NCBI GenBank assembly: GCA_963674785.1
Contig: OY771555.1
Span: forward strand, 1,376,001-1,440,000
Length of the DNA: 64,000 nt
Reading direction: 5' to 3'
Source of the DNA: Caldisericia bacterium
GTDB taxonomy: Bacteria; Caldisericota; Caldisericia; JAAYUI01
The notes below the pieces were generated by a model that was not told where the DNA came from, searched no databases, and saw only the letters and a list, made by a program, of their open reading frames with translations. The translations under genes and the position numbers were made by a program. Of the stretch, positions 18,140 to 29,855 are shown piece after piece; the stretch's first letter is position 1; each line of letters opens with the position of its first letter.

Positions 18140-20221
18140 ATGGACAACCTTGAAAAACTAAGAAACATCGGAATCATCGCCCACATTGATGCGGGAAAGA
18201 CGACTACTACAGAAAGAATCCTCTTTCTTGCGGGTAAAATACACAGAATGGGCAATGTCGATGATGGAAATACCACAACTGACTATATGACTCAGGAACG
18301 TGAACGCGGAATCACAATCGTTTCCGCCGCAATCGCTTTTGATTGGAAAGGCTACAGAGTCAATCTTATCGATACACCTGGTCATGTAGATTTCACTGCT
18401 GAGGTAGAACGCTCCCTCCGTGTCCTGGATGGAGTTATCATGGTGGTGTGTGGTGTTGCCGGTGTTCAACCCCAGACCGAAACTGTTTGGAGACAAGCAG
18501 AGAGGTACGGGGTACCCCGAATTATCTCTGTCAATAAGATGGATAGAGTAGGGGCAAACCTTGATAATGCAGTCCAAACAATAAGCGAGAAACTTGGTGC
18601 AAACCCAGCAGTTATTCAGGTTCCAATTGGAGCTGAAGCTGATTTTCGCGGCGTTTGTGATGTGATCTCTGGGAAGGCTTATACCTGGGGAGAAGAAACT
18701 GACGGAACTGATATGGTTGAGTCAAATATCCCTGAGGATTTAGCTGAGACCGTTGAGCTGGTCAGATCAAATCTGATTGAGATAGTCGCAGAATCAAATG
18801 AAGAAGCACTTGGTAAATATATTGAGAATGGAACACTTACAAGTGATGAAATCAAGATGTATCTTAGAAGAGCGTGTGTTGCTGGGAAACTTGTTCCAGT
18901 AGTTTGCGCATCAGCTTTCAAGTACAAAGGAATTCAACCTCTTCTTTCAGCAATCACAGACTATCTTCCATCTCCACTTGACCTCCCACCAGTTGAAGGA
19001 ATTCACCCAAAAACAAAGGAAGTTATCAAGAGAAACCTTAATTCATCTGACCCAATGTCAGCCCTTATTTTTAAAACAGTCTCCGATACTTTCCTTGGCT
19101 CTATGTCTTATGTGAGGGTTTATTCAGGTGTCCTCAAAGCAGGAAGCCATGTTTCAAACTCAACAACTGGGAAAAAAGAGAGAATCATGAGGTGTCTCCA
19201 TCTCTTTGCTGATCATAGAGAAGATGTTGATCAGCTTGAAGCTGGTGACATAGGTGGAATTCTTGGTCTCAAACAGAGTCATACAGGAAACACTCTTCAC
19301 GACCCATCACATCCTATCAGCCTCGAGAGAATGGAATTCCCGGAACCAGTTATTTCTCAAACCATCGAACCACAGACCAGAGGTGAGCTTGATAAAGTAA
19401 TCAAGGTTCTCAGGTCATACGCCATGGAAGATCCAACCTTCGTGATCAAAAATGACGAAGAAACCGGTGAGATAATCATCTCAGGAATGGGTGAGCTTCA
19501 TCTCGATATAATGGTTTCCAGAATGAAGATTGAGCATAAACTCGACGTCAGAACCGGTGTTCCACAGGTTTCCTATAGAGAGACCATTGGCAAAGAGGTT
19601 ACATCGAGAGGAAGATACATCAGACAGACCGGCGGAAAAGGTCAGTATGGAGATGTTACCCTTAGAATTTACCCAATCCCAGATGGCAATCTCGAGTTCA
19701 GTTCATCAGTCGGTGGAGACAAGATTCCCGAGCAGTATCTAAAAGATATTGAGCTTGGAGTCAAAGACGCCATGATGTCAGGAAAAATTCTTGGCTATCC
19801 GGTTGTAAGACTTGGTGTTGAGGTTGTTGATGGAAGCTTCCATGATGTTGATAGTTCATCAATTGCCTACAGACAGGCTGCTTCAATTGCGATTCGAGAT
19901 GGCTTTTCCAAGGCAGAACCAGTTTTACTTGAACCAATTATGAGTCTTCAAGTTATCGTTCCTGAAGAGTATCTTGGTGATGTCATGGCTGGTTTGAACA
20001 AGAGAAGATGTAAAGTTCAGTCGATGGAACTTCAGGGAAACTCACAGGTTATCTCGGCACTTGCACCACTTTCGGAAATGTTTGGATATGCAACAGATTT
20101 ACGTTCTGCCACACAGGGCAGAGGAACTCACTCAATGGAGTTTAAAAAGTTGGAAGTTACACCACCTGATGTCAGAGACAAGGTGGTTCTCGCTATCAGG
20201 GGAATTCCCTGGCAGCAATAA
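18140..20221 (+). CDS. fusA: Elongation factor G
   Basis: [34 protein letters not shown]. Confidence 0.98.
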   Translation: MDNLEKLRNIGIIAHIDAGKTTTTERILFLAGKIHRMGNVDDGNTTTDYMTQERERGITIVSAAIAFDWKGYRVNLIDTPGHVDFTAEVERSLRVLDGVIMVVCGVAGVQPQTETVWRQAERYGVPRIISVNKMDRVGANLDNAVQTISEKLGANPAVIQVPIGAEADFRGVCDVISGKAYTWGEETDGTDMVESNIPEDLAETVELVRSNLIEIVAESNEEALGKYIENGTLTSDEIKMYLRRACVAGKLVPVVCASAFKYKGIQPLLSAITDYLPSPLDLPPVEGIHPKTKEVIKRNLNSSDPMSALIFKTVSDTFLGSMSYVRVYSGVLKAGSHVSNSTTGKKERIMRCLHLFADHREDVDQLEAGDIGGILGLKQSHTGNTLHDPSHPISLERMEFPEPVISQTIEPQTRGELDKVIKVLRSYAMEDPTFVIKNDEETGEIIISGMGELHLDIMVSRMKIEHKLDVRTGVPQVSYRETIGKEVTSRGRYIRQTGGKGQYGDVTLRIYPIPDGNLEFSSSVGGDKIPEQYLKDIELGVKDAMMSGKILGYPVVRLGVEVVDGSFHDVDSSSIAYRQAASIAIRDGFSKAEPVLLEPIMSLQVIVPEEYLGDVMAGLNKRRCKVQSMELQGNSQVISALAPLSEMFGYATDLRSATQGRGTHSMEFKKLEVTPPDVRDKVVLAIRGIPWQQ

Positions 20222-20265
20222 AAAAGAAAAATTACCTAAAGGATTAATGAGAGGAGCTCGAAAGA

Positions 20266-21471
20266 ATGGCCAAAGAAAAATTTGAACGAACGAAACCACA
20301 CGTCAATGTGGGAACAATTGGACACATTGACCACGGAAAAACAACTCTTACAGCAGCAATCACCCAGGTGCTTGCATCACTTGGAACAACTGAAGCAAAA
20401 AAGTTTGATGAAATTGATAACGCACCAGAAGAAAAAGCTCGTGGTGTAACAATCAACATCCATCACACAGAGTATGAAACAGCAAACAGACACTATGCAC
20501 ACATCGACTGCCCAGGTCACGCTGACTACATCAAAAACATGATCACCGGTGCAGCTCAGATGGATGGTGCAATTCTCGTAGTCGCAGCAACAGATGGTCC
20601 AATGCCACAGACAAGAGAACATCTCCTCCTCGCAAGACAGGTTAACGTTCCAAAAATCATCGTTTTCCTTAACAAATGTGACATGGTAGAAGATGAAGAG
20701 CTCATCGAACTCGTAGAAGTAGAAGTAAGAGACCTTCTCTCATCATACGAATTCCCAGGTGACGATCTCCCAGTAGTCAGAGGATCAGCTCTCAAAGCCC
20801 TCGAAGCAGAAGGTGACCTCGGACCAGACAATCCAGACACAAAATGCATTTGGGATCTTGCAGAACAGCTTGACACATACATCCCAGAACCAGAAAGACC
20901 AACAGACAAACCATTCCTTATGCCAATCGAAGACGTATTCTCAATCACAGGTAGAGGAACCGTTGTTACAGGTAGAGTCGAAAGAGGAATCTGTAAAGTC
21001 GGTGAAAAGATGGAAATCGTTGGTGTCAAAGAAGAAAGAACAAAAACAGTTATCACCGGTGTCGAGATGTTCAGAAAACTCCTCGACGAAGGTAGAGCAG
21101 GTGACAACGTAGGTCTCCTCATCCGTGGAGTCGACTACAAAGAAGTAGAACGTGGACAGGTAGTAGCAGTCCCAGGTTCAATCAACCCACACAAAAAATT
21201 CAGCTCAGAAGTCTACATCCTCAGTAAAGAAGAGGGCGGAAGACATAAAGCATTCTTCACAGGTTACAGACCACAGTTCTTCTTCAGAACAACAGACGTA
21301 ACAGGTTCAATCAAACTTCCAGAAGGTATCGAAATGGCAATGCCAGGTGATAACGTAAAAATGGAAGTCGAACTTATCGTACCAATCGCAATGGAACCAG
21401 GCCTCAGATTTGCTATCCGTGAAGGCGGCAGAACAATTGGTGCTGGTGTTGTAACAGATATACAGGAGTAA
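20266..21471 (+). CDS. tuf: Elongation factor Tu
   Basis: [28 protein letters not shown]. Confidence 0.99.
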   Translation: MAKEKFERTKPHVNVGTIGHIDHGKTTLTAAITQVLASLGTTEAKKFDEIDNAPEEKARGVTINIHHTEYETANRHYAHIDCPGHADYIKNMITGAAQMDGAILVVAATDGPMPQTREHLLLARQVNVPKIIVFLNKCDMVEDEELIELVEVEVRDLLSSYEFPGDDLPVVRGSALKALEAEGDLGPDNPDTKCIWDLAEQLDTYIPEPERPTDKPFLMPIEDVFSITGRGTVVTGRVERGICKVGEKMEIVGVKEERTKTVITGVEMFRKLLDEGRAGDNVGLLIRGVDYKEVERGQVVAVPGSINPHKKFSSEVYILSKEEGGRHKAFFTGYRPQFFFRTTDVTGSIKLPEGIEMAMPGDNVKMEVELIVPIAMEPGLRFAIREGGRTIGAGVVTDIQE

Positions 21472-21477
21472 AACCCA

Positions 21478-21786
21478 GTGTCATCACCAAAGATGAGAAT
21501 TAAACTTAGAGCCTTCGATCACGTCATTCTCGATCAGTCAGTTGTAAAGATCGTAGAGACTGCAAGAAGGACAGGGGCCGAAATCGCAGGTCCTATTCCG
21601 TTACCAACCAACAGGCAGGTTTTTACAGTGCTTCGTGCTCCAAACGTAGACAAAGACTCAAGAGAGCAGTTTGAGATGAGAGTTCACAAGAGACTCATCG
21701 ATATTCTTGAGCCATCAGAAGAGATCACAAAAGCACTTATGAATATTGACCTTCCTGCAGGTGTAGATATCGAAATTAAGCTGTAG
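21478..21786 (+). CDS. rpsJ: 30S ribosomal protein S10
   Basis: [23 protein letters not shown]. Confidence 0.98.
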   Translation: MSSPKMRIKLRAFDHVILDQSVVKIVETARRTGAEIAGPIPLPTNRQVFTVLRAPNVDKDSREQFEMRVHKRLIDILEPSEEITKALMNIDLPAGVDIEIKL

Positions 21787-21798
21787 AGGAGATTACCT

Positions 21799-22416
21799 AT
21801 GGCAGGTAAAGGTCTTATTACAAAAAAGATTGGGTGCACAAGCATCTGGGACGGAGACAAAGCTCTTATGGTTACTGTTCTCCAGAACCACGACAATGTA
21901 GTGCTCGATCAGAAAACTGAAGCAGACAATGGTTATACTGCAGTCAAAGTTGGTTACCAGAAACCAAAGTCTGAAAAGAAATTCGTGAAGAAGCCTGTAA
22001 GAGGTTATTACGAGAAAAGAAATCTTCCAGTTCATCTTCATATGATGGAGTTCAGAGATCTTGAAGCAGAAGTTGGTTCATCACTTTCAGTTACCCAGTT
22101 TGAAGAGGGCGAAAAAATTACTGTTCGTGGTAGATCAAGAGGTCTCGGATTTGCTGGTGTTGTCAAAAGACATGGTTTCCGTGGTGGAGAAGCTGCTCAT
22201 GGTGCGATGATGCACAGAAGAAGTGGTTCACTTGGATGTAGATTGACACCTGGTCATGTTATCAAAGGCAAAAAGATGGCTGGTCGAATGGGTTTCGACA
22301 ATATTACTGTCAAAAACCTCAAGATCATTCGAATTGATGAAGAACAGGGTTTACTTCTTGTTGCAGGAGCAATTCCTGGACCAAAGGGTGGACTTGTTGT
22401 GGTGACAGGGAAGTAG
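21799..22416 (+). CDS. rplC: 50S ribosomal protein L3
   Basis: GFAGVVKRHGF, KGKKMAGRMG, GAIPG. Confidence 0.97.
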   Translation: MAGKGLITKKIGCTSIWDGDKALMVTVLQNHDNVVLDQKTEADNGYTAVKVGYQKPKSEKKFVKKPVRGYYEKRNLPVHLHMMEFRDLEAEVGSSLSVTQFEEGEKITVRGRSRGLGFAGVVKRHGFRGGEAAHGAMMHRRSGSLGCRLTPGHVIKGKKMAGRMGFDNITVKNLKIIRIDEEQGLLLVAGAIPGPKGGLVVVTGK

Positions 22417-22425
22417 GGGATCGAA

Positions 22426-23049
22426 ATGAATATTCCGATCATAAACGTAGCTGGAGAAAAAACAGGTGAAATGTCAGTTCCAGACACCATTTGGGGTCAG
22501 GAAAGACACGAATCCTGCGAGTTTATCTCAATCCTTCAAAGCCGTGCTGGTAAGAGAAGAGGTTGTGCATCCACAAAAACACGTGCTGAGGTTCGTGGTG
22601 GTGGCAAAAAACCTTGGAGACAGAAGGGTACTGGTAGAGCAAGACATGGTTCAAGAAGATCGCCAATTTGGGCAGGTGGCGGAATCACCTTTGGGCCAAA
22701 ACCAAGATCATTTGCTTTTGATTTGAACAAAAAAGTCAGAAGATTGGCACTCTTTTCAGCTCTTTCATCAAAAGTTGCTGAAGACAACACATACGTGATA
22801 GAGGGTGTCAAACTTACAGAACTCAAAATCAAGGTTGCAACTGAGGCTATCGGTGAAAAAAATCTTGATAAAAAAACTCTCATTATCTTTGATACCGAAA
22901 AAAATGGTGACTTTTTAACTGCTTTTGCAAACTCAAAAATAGTTTCAGCAAGACCAGTAAATATGCTTTCCACTGATGAGATTCTTAACAGCAACAAAAT
23001 CATTCTCACAAGCGAAGCTGTTGAATCCATGAAGGAGGTCTGGGCATGA
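22426..23049 (+). CDS. rplD: 50S ribosomal protein L4
   Basis: KPWRQKGTGRARHGS, GGGITFGPKPR. Confidence 0.98.
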   Translation: MNIPIINVAGEKTGEMSVPDTIWGQERHESCEFISILQSRAGKRRGCASTKTRAEVRGGGKKPWRQKGTGRARHGSRRSPIWAGGGITFGPKPRSFAFDLNKKVRRLALFSALSSKVAEDNTYVIEGVKLTELKIKVATEAIGEKNLDKKTLIIFDTEKNGDFLTAFANSKIVSARPVNMLSTDEILNSNKIILTSEAVESMKEVWA

Positions 23050-23333
23050 TAGAAAGAAGAAAAATTTCAATTTTAAAGCCAATGATCTCTGAAAAAAATA
23101 CTGACCTTGAAGATATGGGTAAGTATGTCTTCCAGATTATCGAAGGTGCAAATGCAAGTTGGGTTAAGCAGGATATCGAAAAACTCTGGAAAGTCGAAGT
23201 TGAGAGCGTAAATATTTGCAGATTGCCTGGAAAGAAAAAGCGCGTGAAAAGAACTTTTAAAACAACAAGTCCAATCAAGAAAGCTATCGTTACTCTTAAA
23301 GAGGGTTACTCGATAGAGATCTTAGAGAAGTAG
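23046..23333 (+). CDS. rplW: 50S ribosomal protein L23
   Basis: [17 protein letters not shown]; synteny. Confidence 0.95.
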   Translation: MIERRKISILKPMISEKNTDLEDMGKYVFQIIEGANASWVKQDIEKLWKVEVESVNICRLPGKKKRVKRTFKTTSPIKKAIVTLKEGYSIEILEK

Positions 23334-23341
23334 GGGTTTCC

Positions 23342-24175
23342 ATGGCTGTTAGAAAATATAAACCAACATCGCCAGGAACTAGACATAGAGTTGTACTAGT
23401 TTATGATGAACTTACAACGGATAAGCCATACAAGCCATTGACTGTTGGCATGAAGAAGACCGCAGGTCGTTCAAATGGTAAGATTGCAGTCAGAAGACGT
23501 GGCGGCGGATCCAAGAGAACATACAGAATCATTGATTTCAAAAGAGATAAAATGATTCCAGGTAAAGTTGCAACAATTGAGTACGATCCAAACAGATCAG
23601 CTTTCATAGCTCTTATCAACTATATCGATGGTGAAAAGAGATATATCCTTGCACCAGCAGGTATTAAGGTTGGAGATGAGATTGAAAGCAGTGACACCGC
23701 AGATATCAGACCAGGAAACTGTCTTCCACTTGCAAGACTTCCTCTTGGTACTGTCATCCATAACCTCGAACTTGTTCCAGGAAAAGGCGGAATCATTGTA
23801 AGATCAGCCGGTGGATCAGCTCAGCTTCTTGCAAAAGAAGGCGATATGTGTCTTGTAAGACTTCCAAGTAACGAAGTTAGATACATTAAGTCAGAATGTA
23901 AAGCAACAATTGGTGTCGTTTCAAATGGTGACCACAACAAAATCAAGCTCGGAAAAGCCGGTGCAAGAAGATGGCGTGGTAGAAGACCAAAAGTCAGGGG
24001 AGCCGCTATGAACCCAATCGACCATCCACACGGTGGTGGAACGGGTAAAGCTCCAACTGGTCACCCTGGTCCACTTACTCCTTGGGGAAAACCAACACGT
24101 GGTTACAGAACCAGAGATAGAAAGAAAGATACCAATAAGTTCATCGTTCGCAGAAGAGACGCTGGAAAGAGATAG
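23342..24175 (+). CDS. rplB: 50S ribosomal protein L2
   Basis: [24 protein letters not shown]. Confidence 0.98.
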   Translation: MAVRKYKPTSPGTRHRVVLVYDELTTDKPYKPLTVGMKKTAGRSNGKIAVRRRGGGSKRTYRIIDFKRDKMIPGKVATIEYDPNRSAFIALINYIDGEKRYILAPAGIKVGDEIESSDTADIRPGNCLPLARLPLGTVIHNLELVPGKGGIIVRSAGGSAQLLAKEGDMCLVRLPSNEVRYIKSECKATIGVVSNGDHNKIKLGKAGARRWRGRRPKVRGAAMNPIDHPHGGGTGKAPTGHPGPLTPWGKPTRGYRTRDRKKDTNKFIVRRRDAGKR

Positions 24176-24186
24176 GGGTCAGATAT

Positions 24187-24471
24187 ATGAGCAGATCAAG
24201 TAAAAAAGGACCATATGTTGATCAGAAGCTTTTGAAAAAAGTTGCTGATATGACAGCGTCTGGTAAAAAGAGAGTCATTAAGGTTTGGTGTAGAAGCTCC
24301 TCAATTACCGAAGAGATGGTTGGATATACAATTGCTGTTCACAATGGTAAAAACCATGTTCCAGTATATATCACCAATCAGATGATCGGACACAAACTTG
24401 GCGAGTTTGCCCATACCAGAAATTTCAGAGGTCATAGAAGACCAACTGAAAGATCAACGGCCAAGAAGTAA
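24187..24471 (+). CDS. rpsS: 30S ribosomal protein S19
   Basis: [22 protein letters not shown]. Confidence 0.98.
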   Translation: MSRSSKKGPYVDQKLLKKVADMTASGKKRVIKVWCRSSSITEEMVGYTIAVHNGKNHVPVYITNQMIGHKLGEFAHTRNFRGHRRPTERSTAKK

Positions 24472-24484
24472 GAGGTAAATAGAT

Positions 24485-24826
24485 ATGAAAGTACATGCAA
24501 TTCATAAACATGCGATGATAGCACCTCAAAAGGCAAGAAAAGTTATTGGTATGATCCGTGGCAAGACAGTGGAAGAAGCAGAGTATATTCTCAGAGCTTT
24601 ACCACAGAAAGCAGCACGCCTTATCCTTAAGGTGACTCTTTCTGCCAAGGCAAATGCAGTAAATAATTTTGAAATGGATCCAGATACCCTCTATGTTCGT
24701 GAAGCAGTAATCGACATGGCAAAACCATGGAGAAAGATGCTTCCACGTGGAATGGGTAGAGGTGACATCATTAAGAGAAGAACCAGCCATATCAAAGTAG
24801 TGGTTGATTCTGTCGAGGGGGTCTAA
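24485..24826 (+). CDS. rplV: 50S ribosomal protein L22
   Basis: APQKAR...IRGK, SAKANA, RTSHI. Confidence 0.96.
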   Translation: MKVHAIHKHAMIAPQKARKVIGMIRGKTVEEAEYILRALPQKAARLILKVTLSAKANAVNNFEMDPDTLYVREAVIDMAKPWRKMLPRGMGRGDIIKRRTSHIKVVVDSVEGV

Positions 24827-24828
24827 GT

Positions 24829-25482
24829 ATGGGTCAGAAAGTTCATCCATATGGTTTCAGGCTTGGCGTTATTTATCCCTGGAGATCAAACTGGTTCTCT
24901 GGAAAAAATGATTTCAAGAAGAATTTGTCAGAAGATCTAGCAATCAGGAAAATCGTTGACGGACTCGGAAACGAAGCTGGAATCGCGGAAACTGTTATCG
25001 AGAGAAGAACAGGAAAAGTAAGAGTAATTCTTAGAACCGCAAAACCAGGAATCGTGATTGGTAGAAAAGGTGCCTCTGCTGACAAGCTTAAATCAGATAT
25101 CCAGAAGATCGTCGGAGATAAAACCCTTAAGCTTGATATCGTTGAAGTCAGACAGCCAGATACATCAGCAAAACTTATTGCTGAGTGGATTGGCGATCAG
25201 ATTCAGCGTCGTATCCCCTACAAGAGAGCAATGAAACAGTCCATCACAAGAGCCATGAAGGCTGGAGCGAAGGGCATTAAGATTATGGCATCAGGTAGAC
25301 TTAATGGTGCTGAGATTGCTCGTACAGAGTGGTTTAGAGATGGTAGAGTCCCGCTTCACACACTCAAAGCAGATATCGATTATCACATCGAACACGTTAT
25401 TACAAAATTCGGTGTAATCGGTATTAAATGCTGGGTTTACAAGGGTGACAAGCCAACCACTGGACCCTACTCCCTGAAATAG
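24829..25482 (+). CDS. rpsC: 30S ribosomal protein S3
   Basis: MGQKVHPYGFRLG, GRLNGAEIARTE. Confidence 0.98.
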   Translation: MGQKVHPYGFRLGVIYPWRSNWFSGKNDFKKNLSEDLAIRKIVDGLGNEAGIAETVIERRTGKVRVILRTAKPGIVIGRKGASADKLKSDIQKIVGDKTLKLDIVEVRQPDTSAKLIAEWIGDQIQRRIPYKRAMKQSITRAMKAGAKGIKIMASGRLNGAEIARTEWFRDGRVPLHTLKADIDYHIEHVITKFGVIGIKCWVYKGDKPTTGPYSLK

Positions 25483-25492
25483 GAAGGTTATC

Positions 25493-25921
25493 ATGTTACA
25501 ACCAGAAAGAACCAAATTCAGAAAACAGCAGAGAGGACGCATGAGAGGTCGCTCAAAGGGTGGAAACACCTTGAACTTTGGTGAATATGGTATTCAGGCA
25601 ATGGAGTGTTCATGGATTACAGCAAGACAGATTGAAGCAGTTCGTCTTGTTGTTACTGGTAGAGTCCCAAACACAGGTAGACTCTGGACACGTATTTTCC
25701 CTGATAAACCAATCTCCAAAAAACCTCTTGAAACCAGGATGGGTAAAGGTAAAGCAGATACCGATTATTGGGTAGCTGTCATTAAACCTGGTCGAATCAT
25801 CATGGAATACACAGGTTGTACTCTCGAAGTCGCAAAAGAAGCAGCAAGAATTGCTGGTGCAAAACTTCCAATCAGGACACGTTTTGTCAGCAGAACTCTT
25901 GAGAAAGAGATAAGATTATGA
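25493..25921 (+). CDS. rplP: 50S ribosomal protein L16
   Basis: [17 protein letters not shown]. Confidence 0.98.
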   Translation: MLQPERTKFRKQQRGRMRGRSKGGNTLNFGEYGIQAMECSWITARQIEAVRLVVTGRVPNTGRLWTRIFPDKPISKKPLETRMGKGKADTDYWVAVIKPGRIIMEYTGCTLEVAKEAARIAGAKLPIRTRFVSRTLEKEIRL

Positions 25922-26118
25922 AGAAGTATAAGATTCTTGCAATGAGTAAGATTGAAAAGGAAAAAGCTCTCGAAAAGATCGAAGCAGAGCTTGTTCAGCT
26001 TCTTTTCAACCACAGAAACGGTCAACTTGATAAAGGCATGAAGATCAGAGAATGCAGAAGAGATATTGCCAGACTCAAGACCTATATCCACCAGGAAGAC
26101 CTGGAGGCCGGTAAATGA
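25918..26118 (+). CDS. rpmC: 50S ribosomal protein L29
   Basis: IRECRRDIARLKT; synteny. Confidence 0.92.
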   Translation: MKKYKILAMSKIEKEKALEKIEAELVQLLFNHRNGQLDKGMKIRECRRDIARLKTYIHQEDLEAGK

Positions 26119-26384
26119 ACGAAAAATTAATCAAAAGAAGAGGTGTGGTAACATCTGATAAACCCGAAAAGAAATGTGTTGTTAGGGTAACAAGATCTGT
26201 TATGCACCCAGTCTACAAAAAAAGAGTCAAAAAAAGCAAAAAATACATGGTTCATGATGTAAACAATGATGCACATATCGGTGATACAGTTGAGTTCATT
26301 GATTGCAGACCACTCTCAAAGAGATGTTCTCACAGATTGCTTAGCGTCATTGAAAGAGCCTCAAAGGCTGAGGTATTGAAATGA
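26115..26384 (+). CDS. rpsQ: 30S ribosomal protein S17
   Basis: GVVTSDK, HPVYKK, CRPLSK. Confidence 0.96.
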   Translation: MNEKLIKRRGVVTSDKPEKKCVVRVTRSVMHPVYKKRVKKSKKYMVHDVNNDAHIGDTVEFIDCRPLSKRCSHRLLSVIERASKAEVLK

Positions 26385-26749
26385 TTATACAGTATTCAAG
26401 ACTCGATGTTGCTGATAACTCCGGAGCAAAGATTGTTGAAGTCATCGGTTTGCTTGGTGTAAGTGCAAAAAAAGTCGCGAGAGTTGGAGACAAGATCAGA
26501 ATCACTGTTAAGAAAGCAATTCCAAACTCCCCAATTCCAAAAGGATCAGTAGAAACAGCAGTAATCGTTAGAACAAAGCAGCCCGTAGTAAGAAAAGATG
26601 GTTCAAGGGTAAGATTTGATCAGAACGCAGCTGTTATTATTGATGCCGATGGCAACCCAAAAGGAACAAGAATCTTTGGTGCAATTTGTAGAGAGCTCAG
26701 AGAAAAAGGGTACATGAAGATTGTATCTCTTGCTCCAGAGGTGGTATAA
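26381..26749 (+). CDS. rplN: 50S ribosomal protein L14
   Basis: [23 protein letters not shown]. Confidence 0.98.
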   Translation: MIIQYSRLDVADNSGAKIVEVIGLLGVSAKKVARVGDKIRITVKKAIPNSPIPKGSVETAVIVRTKQPVVRKDGSRVRFDQNAAVIIDADGNPKGTRIFGAICRELREKGYMKIVSLAPEVV

Positions 26750-26750
26750 G

Positions 26751-27095
26751 ATGAAGACTATTCCAAGAGAAAAAGTTAGCATCAGAAGCGGGGACCTTGT
26801 TAAGGTTATCGCTGGTAAGTCAAAAGGCCACAAGGGCAGAGTGAAGGATGTTCTTCCAAGCAAAAAAAAGAATCGCATTATTGTCGAAGGTGCAAACTGG
26901 ATCAAGAAGGTCAGCGTCAATAAGAGAACTCATGAGAGAGATTTTATTGAACTTGAGGCCCCAATGCACAGATCAAATGTGATGCTTGTCTGTCCAAATT
27001 GCAAACAAACCACAAGAGTTGGTCACAAAGAGCTTCCAAACGGAAGACAGGTTAGACAGTGCCGCAAATGTGGTGAAGTTGTCGATAAGATTTAA
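26751..27095 (+). CDS. rplX: 50S ribosomal protein L24
   Basis: KOW motif GDLVKVIAGKSKG, EAPMHRSNV; CPNC...CRKC. Confidence 0.96.
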   Translation: MKTIPREKVSIRSGDLVKVIAGKSKGHKGRVKDVLPSKKKNRIIVEGANWIKKVSVNKRTHERDFIELEAPMHRSNVMLVCPNCKQTTRVGHKELPNGRQVRQCRKCGEVVDKI

Positions 27096-27106
27096 GGTAG
27101 TGGATC

Positions 27107-27760
27107 ATGGCAGGAAATAAGAAAAAATCAGCAGCAAAGAAGCCACAGACTCAGTCTAACAAATCACAGGTTTCAAAGGGTGGCGTTTCTCCAAAAGTAA
27201 AGACGAAGATTGCGGCAAAAAACGATTACATCGATAAATACAACAATGATGTTGCTCCAGCTCTTATGAAGAAGTTCAGCTACAAGAGCTCAATGCAGAT
27301 CCCAAAGATAGTGAAAGTTGTATTCAATAGGGGTGTTGGTGAAGTAACATTCAATCCAAAAGCCCTTGATTCAACTGTCGATGAAATGTACTTGATCACA
27401 AATCAGAGACCAATCATCAAGCACGCAAAAAAATCAATCGCAAACTTCAAACTCAGAGAAGGAATGCCAATTGGATGCATGGTCACTCTTCGTGGAAACA
27501 GAATGTATGCTTTCATCAAGAAACTTATTGAAGAAGCACTTCCACGTATCCGTGACTTTAAAGGTCTTTCACCTCATTCATTTGATGGACGTGGAAACTA
27601 TACATTTGGTGTAAAAGAACAGCTCATCTTCCCAGAGATTGATTATGATAAAGTAGACAAAACTCGTGGTTTCAATGTTTCTTTTGTAACAACCGCAGAA
27701 TCTGATGAAGAGGCTCGCGAGCTTCTTGGTCTCATTGGATTACCATTTAGGGAAAACTGA
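27107..27760 (+). CDS. rplE: 50S ribosomal protein L5 with N-terminal basic extension
   Basis: [35 protein letters not shown]. Confidence 0.97.
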   Translation: MAGNKKKSAAKKPQTQSNKSQVSKGGVSPKVKTKIAAKNDYIDKYNNDVAPALMKKFSYKSSMQIPKIVKVVFNRGVGEVTFNPKALDSTVDEMYLITNQRPIIKHAKKSIANFKLREGMPIGCMVTLRGNRMYAFIKKLIEEALPRIRDFKGLSPHSFDGRGNYTFGVKEQLIFPEIDYDKVDKTRGFNVSFVTTAESDEEARELLGLIGLPFREN

Positions 27761-27774
27761 GGAGTAAGAAATAA

Positions 27775-27960
27775 ATGGCAAGATTAGCGTTAATTAATAA
27801 AGCAAATAAGAAACCAAAGTTTTCATCAAGAAAAATCAATAGATGTATGATCTGTGGTAGACCAAGAGCCTATTTCAGAAAATTTGGTTTATGCAGACTT
27901 TGTTTGAGAAAGCTTGCAAACGAAGGCAAAATCCCTGGGCTTGTAAAGGCTTCATGGTAG
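27775..27960 (+). CDS. rpsN: 30S ribosomal protein S14, type Z (zinc-binding)
   Basis: RCMICGRPR...[15 protein letters not shown]. Confidence 0.97.
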   Translation: MARLALINKANKKPKFSSRKINRCMICGRPRAYFRKFGLCRLCLRKLANEGKIPGLVKASW

Positions 27961-27970
27961 GGGGAATATA

Positions 27971-28375
27971 ATGATCACAGATCCAATAGCAGACATGATA
28001 ACCAGAATCAGAAATGCAGGAATGGTTGCGATGCCAACAACTGATGTCCCATACTCAAAAATTAAAGTTGAAATTGCAAGAATTCTCAAAGAATCTGGAT
28101 ATATCACAGACTATAAAGTAATCGAAAAAGAATCTGGAATCGGAGCAGACATAAAGGTATTCCTCAAATATAAAGATGGCGGAGAAGATCCCGTTATTAC
28201 CGGTATCAGAAGAGTTAGTAAGTGCGGAAGAAGAATTTACTATGCTCATGATAAGATTCCAAGAATCCTCAGAGGCATGGGTGTCATCGTAATGTCCACA
28301 TCAAAAGGACTCATGACTGATCATCAAGCAAGAAAAGTAAAACAGGGCGGAGAAGCGCTCATCGCTGTCTGGTAG
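27971..28375 (+). CDS. rpsH: 30S ribosomal protein S8
   Basis: TDPIADMITRIRN, STSKGLMT, GGE. Confidence 0.98.
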   Translation: MITDPIADMITRIRNAGMVAMPTTDVPYSKIKVEIARILKESGYITDYKVIEKESGIGADIKVFLKYKDGGEDPVITGIRRVSKCGRRIYYAHDKIPRILRGMGVIVMSTSKGLMTDHQARKVKQGGEALIAVW

Positions 28376-28386
28376 GAGAATGTAAA

Positions 28387-28944
28387 ATGTCACGAGTAGG
28401 AAAAAAACCAATTGAAATACCAAAAGGGGTCGAGGTAAATATCGCCGATTCTCCAGCTGGACAGAAAGTCACAGTTAAAGGTAAAAATGGAACTCTTGAA
28501 AGAGTATTCCGTCCATCAATCAATATCTCGATGGAAGATGGAATTGTTAATGTTGAGCGTACATCTGAACTCAAACAGGTGAAACAGCTTCACGGAACAA
28601 CAAGAGCTCATATTGCAAATATGGTTGAGGGTGTTAGCAATGGATTTACAAAAGTCCTTATGATCACAGGTGTTGGTTATAAAGCAAATGCCCAGGGAAA
28701 CAAGCTTGTACTCAACCTTGGGTACTCACATCCAATCGAACTTTCAGTTCCAGAGGGTTTAAAATGTGAAACTCCAAAGGAAAACAGAATTGAAGTCTCC
28801 GGTGCTGATAAGGAAAAAGTTGGAGCTTTTGCAAGAGATATCAGGCAGTTTAGAACACCAGATCCATATAAGGCAAAAGGTGTGAAGTATAAAGACGAAT
28901 TTGTCAGACGTAAGAGCGGCAAATCAATGACTTCAGGAGATTAA
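28387..28944 (+). CDS. rplF: 50S ribosomal protein L6
   Basis: [26 protein letters not shown]. Confidence 0.98.
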   Translation: MSRVGKKPIEIPKGVEVNIADSPAGQKVTVKGKNGTLERVFRPSINISMEDGIVNVERTSELKQVKQLHGTTRAHIANMVEGVSNGFTKVLMITGVGYKANAQGNKLVLNLGYSHPIELSVPEGLKCETPKENRIEVSGADKEKVGAFARDIRQFRTPDPYKAKGVKYKDEFVRRKSGKSMTSGD

Positions 28945-28946
28945 TC

Positions 28947-29303
28947 ATGATAGTTTCTTTTGAGAGAAATAAAGAGAGATTACGTAGAAAACGTACGATC
29001 AGAAAAAAAGTAAATGGTACTCCTGATAAGCCAAGGCTTACAATTTTTAGAAGCCTTAAGCATATCTCGTCTCAGATTATTGACGATACAAAAGGTGTAA
29101 CACTTATTTCAGCTAGCACAATGCAGAGTAAAGATATCAAGGGTAGTAATGTCGATTCAGCAAAGAAAATTGGGAAACTAATTGCTGAAAAGGCAATTGA
29201 AGCCGGAATCAAACAGGTTGTTTTTGACAGATCTGGTTATCTTTACCACGGAAGAGTTAAGGCTTTTGCAGATGCTGCAAGAGAAGCTGGACTCAAGTTC
29301 TAG
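28947..29303 (+). CDS. rplR: 50S ribosomal protein L18
   Basis: [30 protein letters not shown]. Confidence 0.98.
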   Translation: MIVSFERNKERLRRKRTIRKKVNGTPDKPRLTIFRSLKHISSQIIDDTKGVTLISASTMQSKDIKGSNVDSAKKIGKLIAEKAIEAGIKQVVFDRSGYLYHGRVKAFADAAREAGLKF

Positions 29304-29320
29304 GGGTTAGGAGAATCATT

Positions 29321-29854
29321 ATGCCACAGGATAACAACAGAAGAAGATTTAACAAAGAAGAGTATGATCCCTTTGAAGAACAGATTGTCCAGATCGACAG
29401 AGTCAGCAAAACTGTAAAGGGCGGAAAAAGAATGCGTTTCAGAGTTCTTGTTGTTGTTGGTAACAAGGATGAAGGAACCGTTGGTGTCGCTCTTGGCAAA
29501 GCAAAAGAAATTCCTGCTGCAATCAGAAAAGCTGTAACACGTGCAAAAAGAGACATGATCAAGGTTCCAAAAAGAGGAACAACAATTCCACATGATATTA
29601 CATCAAGAATTGGTGGAGTAAGAGTTTATCTTGCCCCAGCTGTTCCTGGAACAGGTATTATTGCAGGTGGTATTGTACGTATGGTTCTTGAGAAAGCCGG
29701 ACTTAAAGACGTTATTTCAAAAGCACATGGTTCAACAAATGCTATGAACCTTGCAAAAACAACACTTAAGGCCATCAAAGAACTCAAAGATCCAGTAGAA
29801 TATGCCAAACAGAGGGGTATTACTGTTTCCCAGATGTTTGGTACAGAGGTTTAA
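29321..29854 (+). CDS. rpsE: 30S ribosomal protein S5
   Basis: RVSKTVKGGK, PGTGIIAGG, GSTN. Confidence 0.98.
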   Translation: MPQDNNRRRFNKEEYDPFEEQIVQIDRVSKTVKGGKRMRFRVLVVVGNKDEGTVGVALGKAKEIPAAIRKAVTRAKRDMIKVPKRGTTIPHDITSRIGGVRVYLAPAVPGTGIIAGGIVRMVLEKAGLKDVISKAHGSTNAMNLAKTTLKAIKELKDPVEYAKQRGITVSQMFGTEV

Positions 29855-29855
29855 T

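Noticed and set aside
20556-21122. Long antisense ORFs (also 9062-9607, 22536-23030, 38486-39100, 57431-57982)
   Set aside because: Expected shadows of codon-biased conserved genes; no RBS or recognisable motifs
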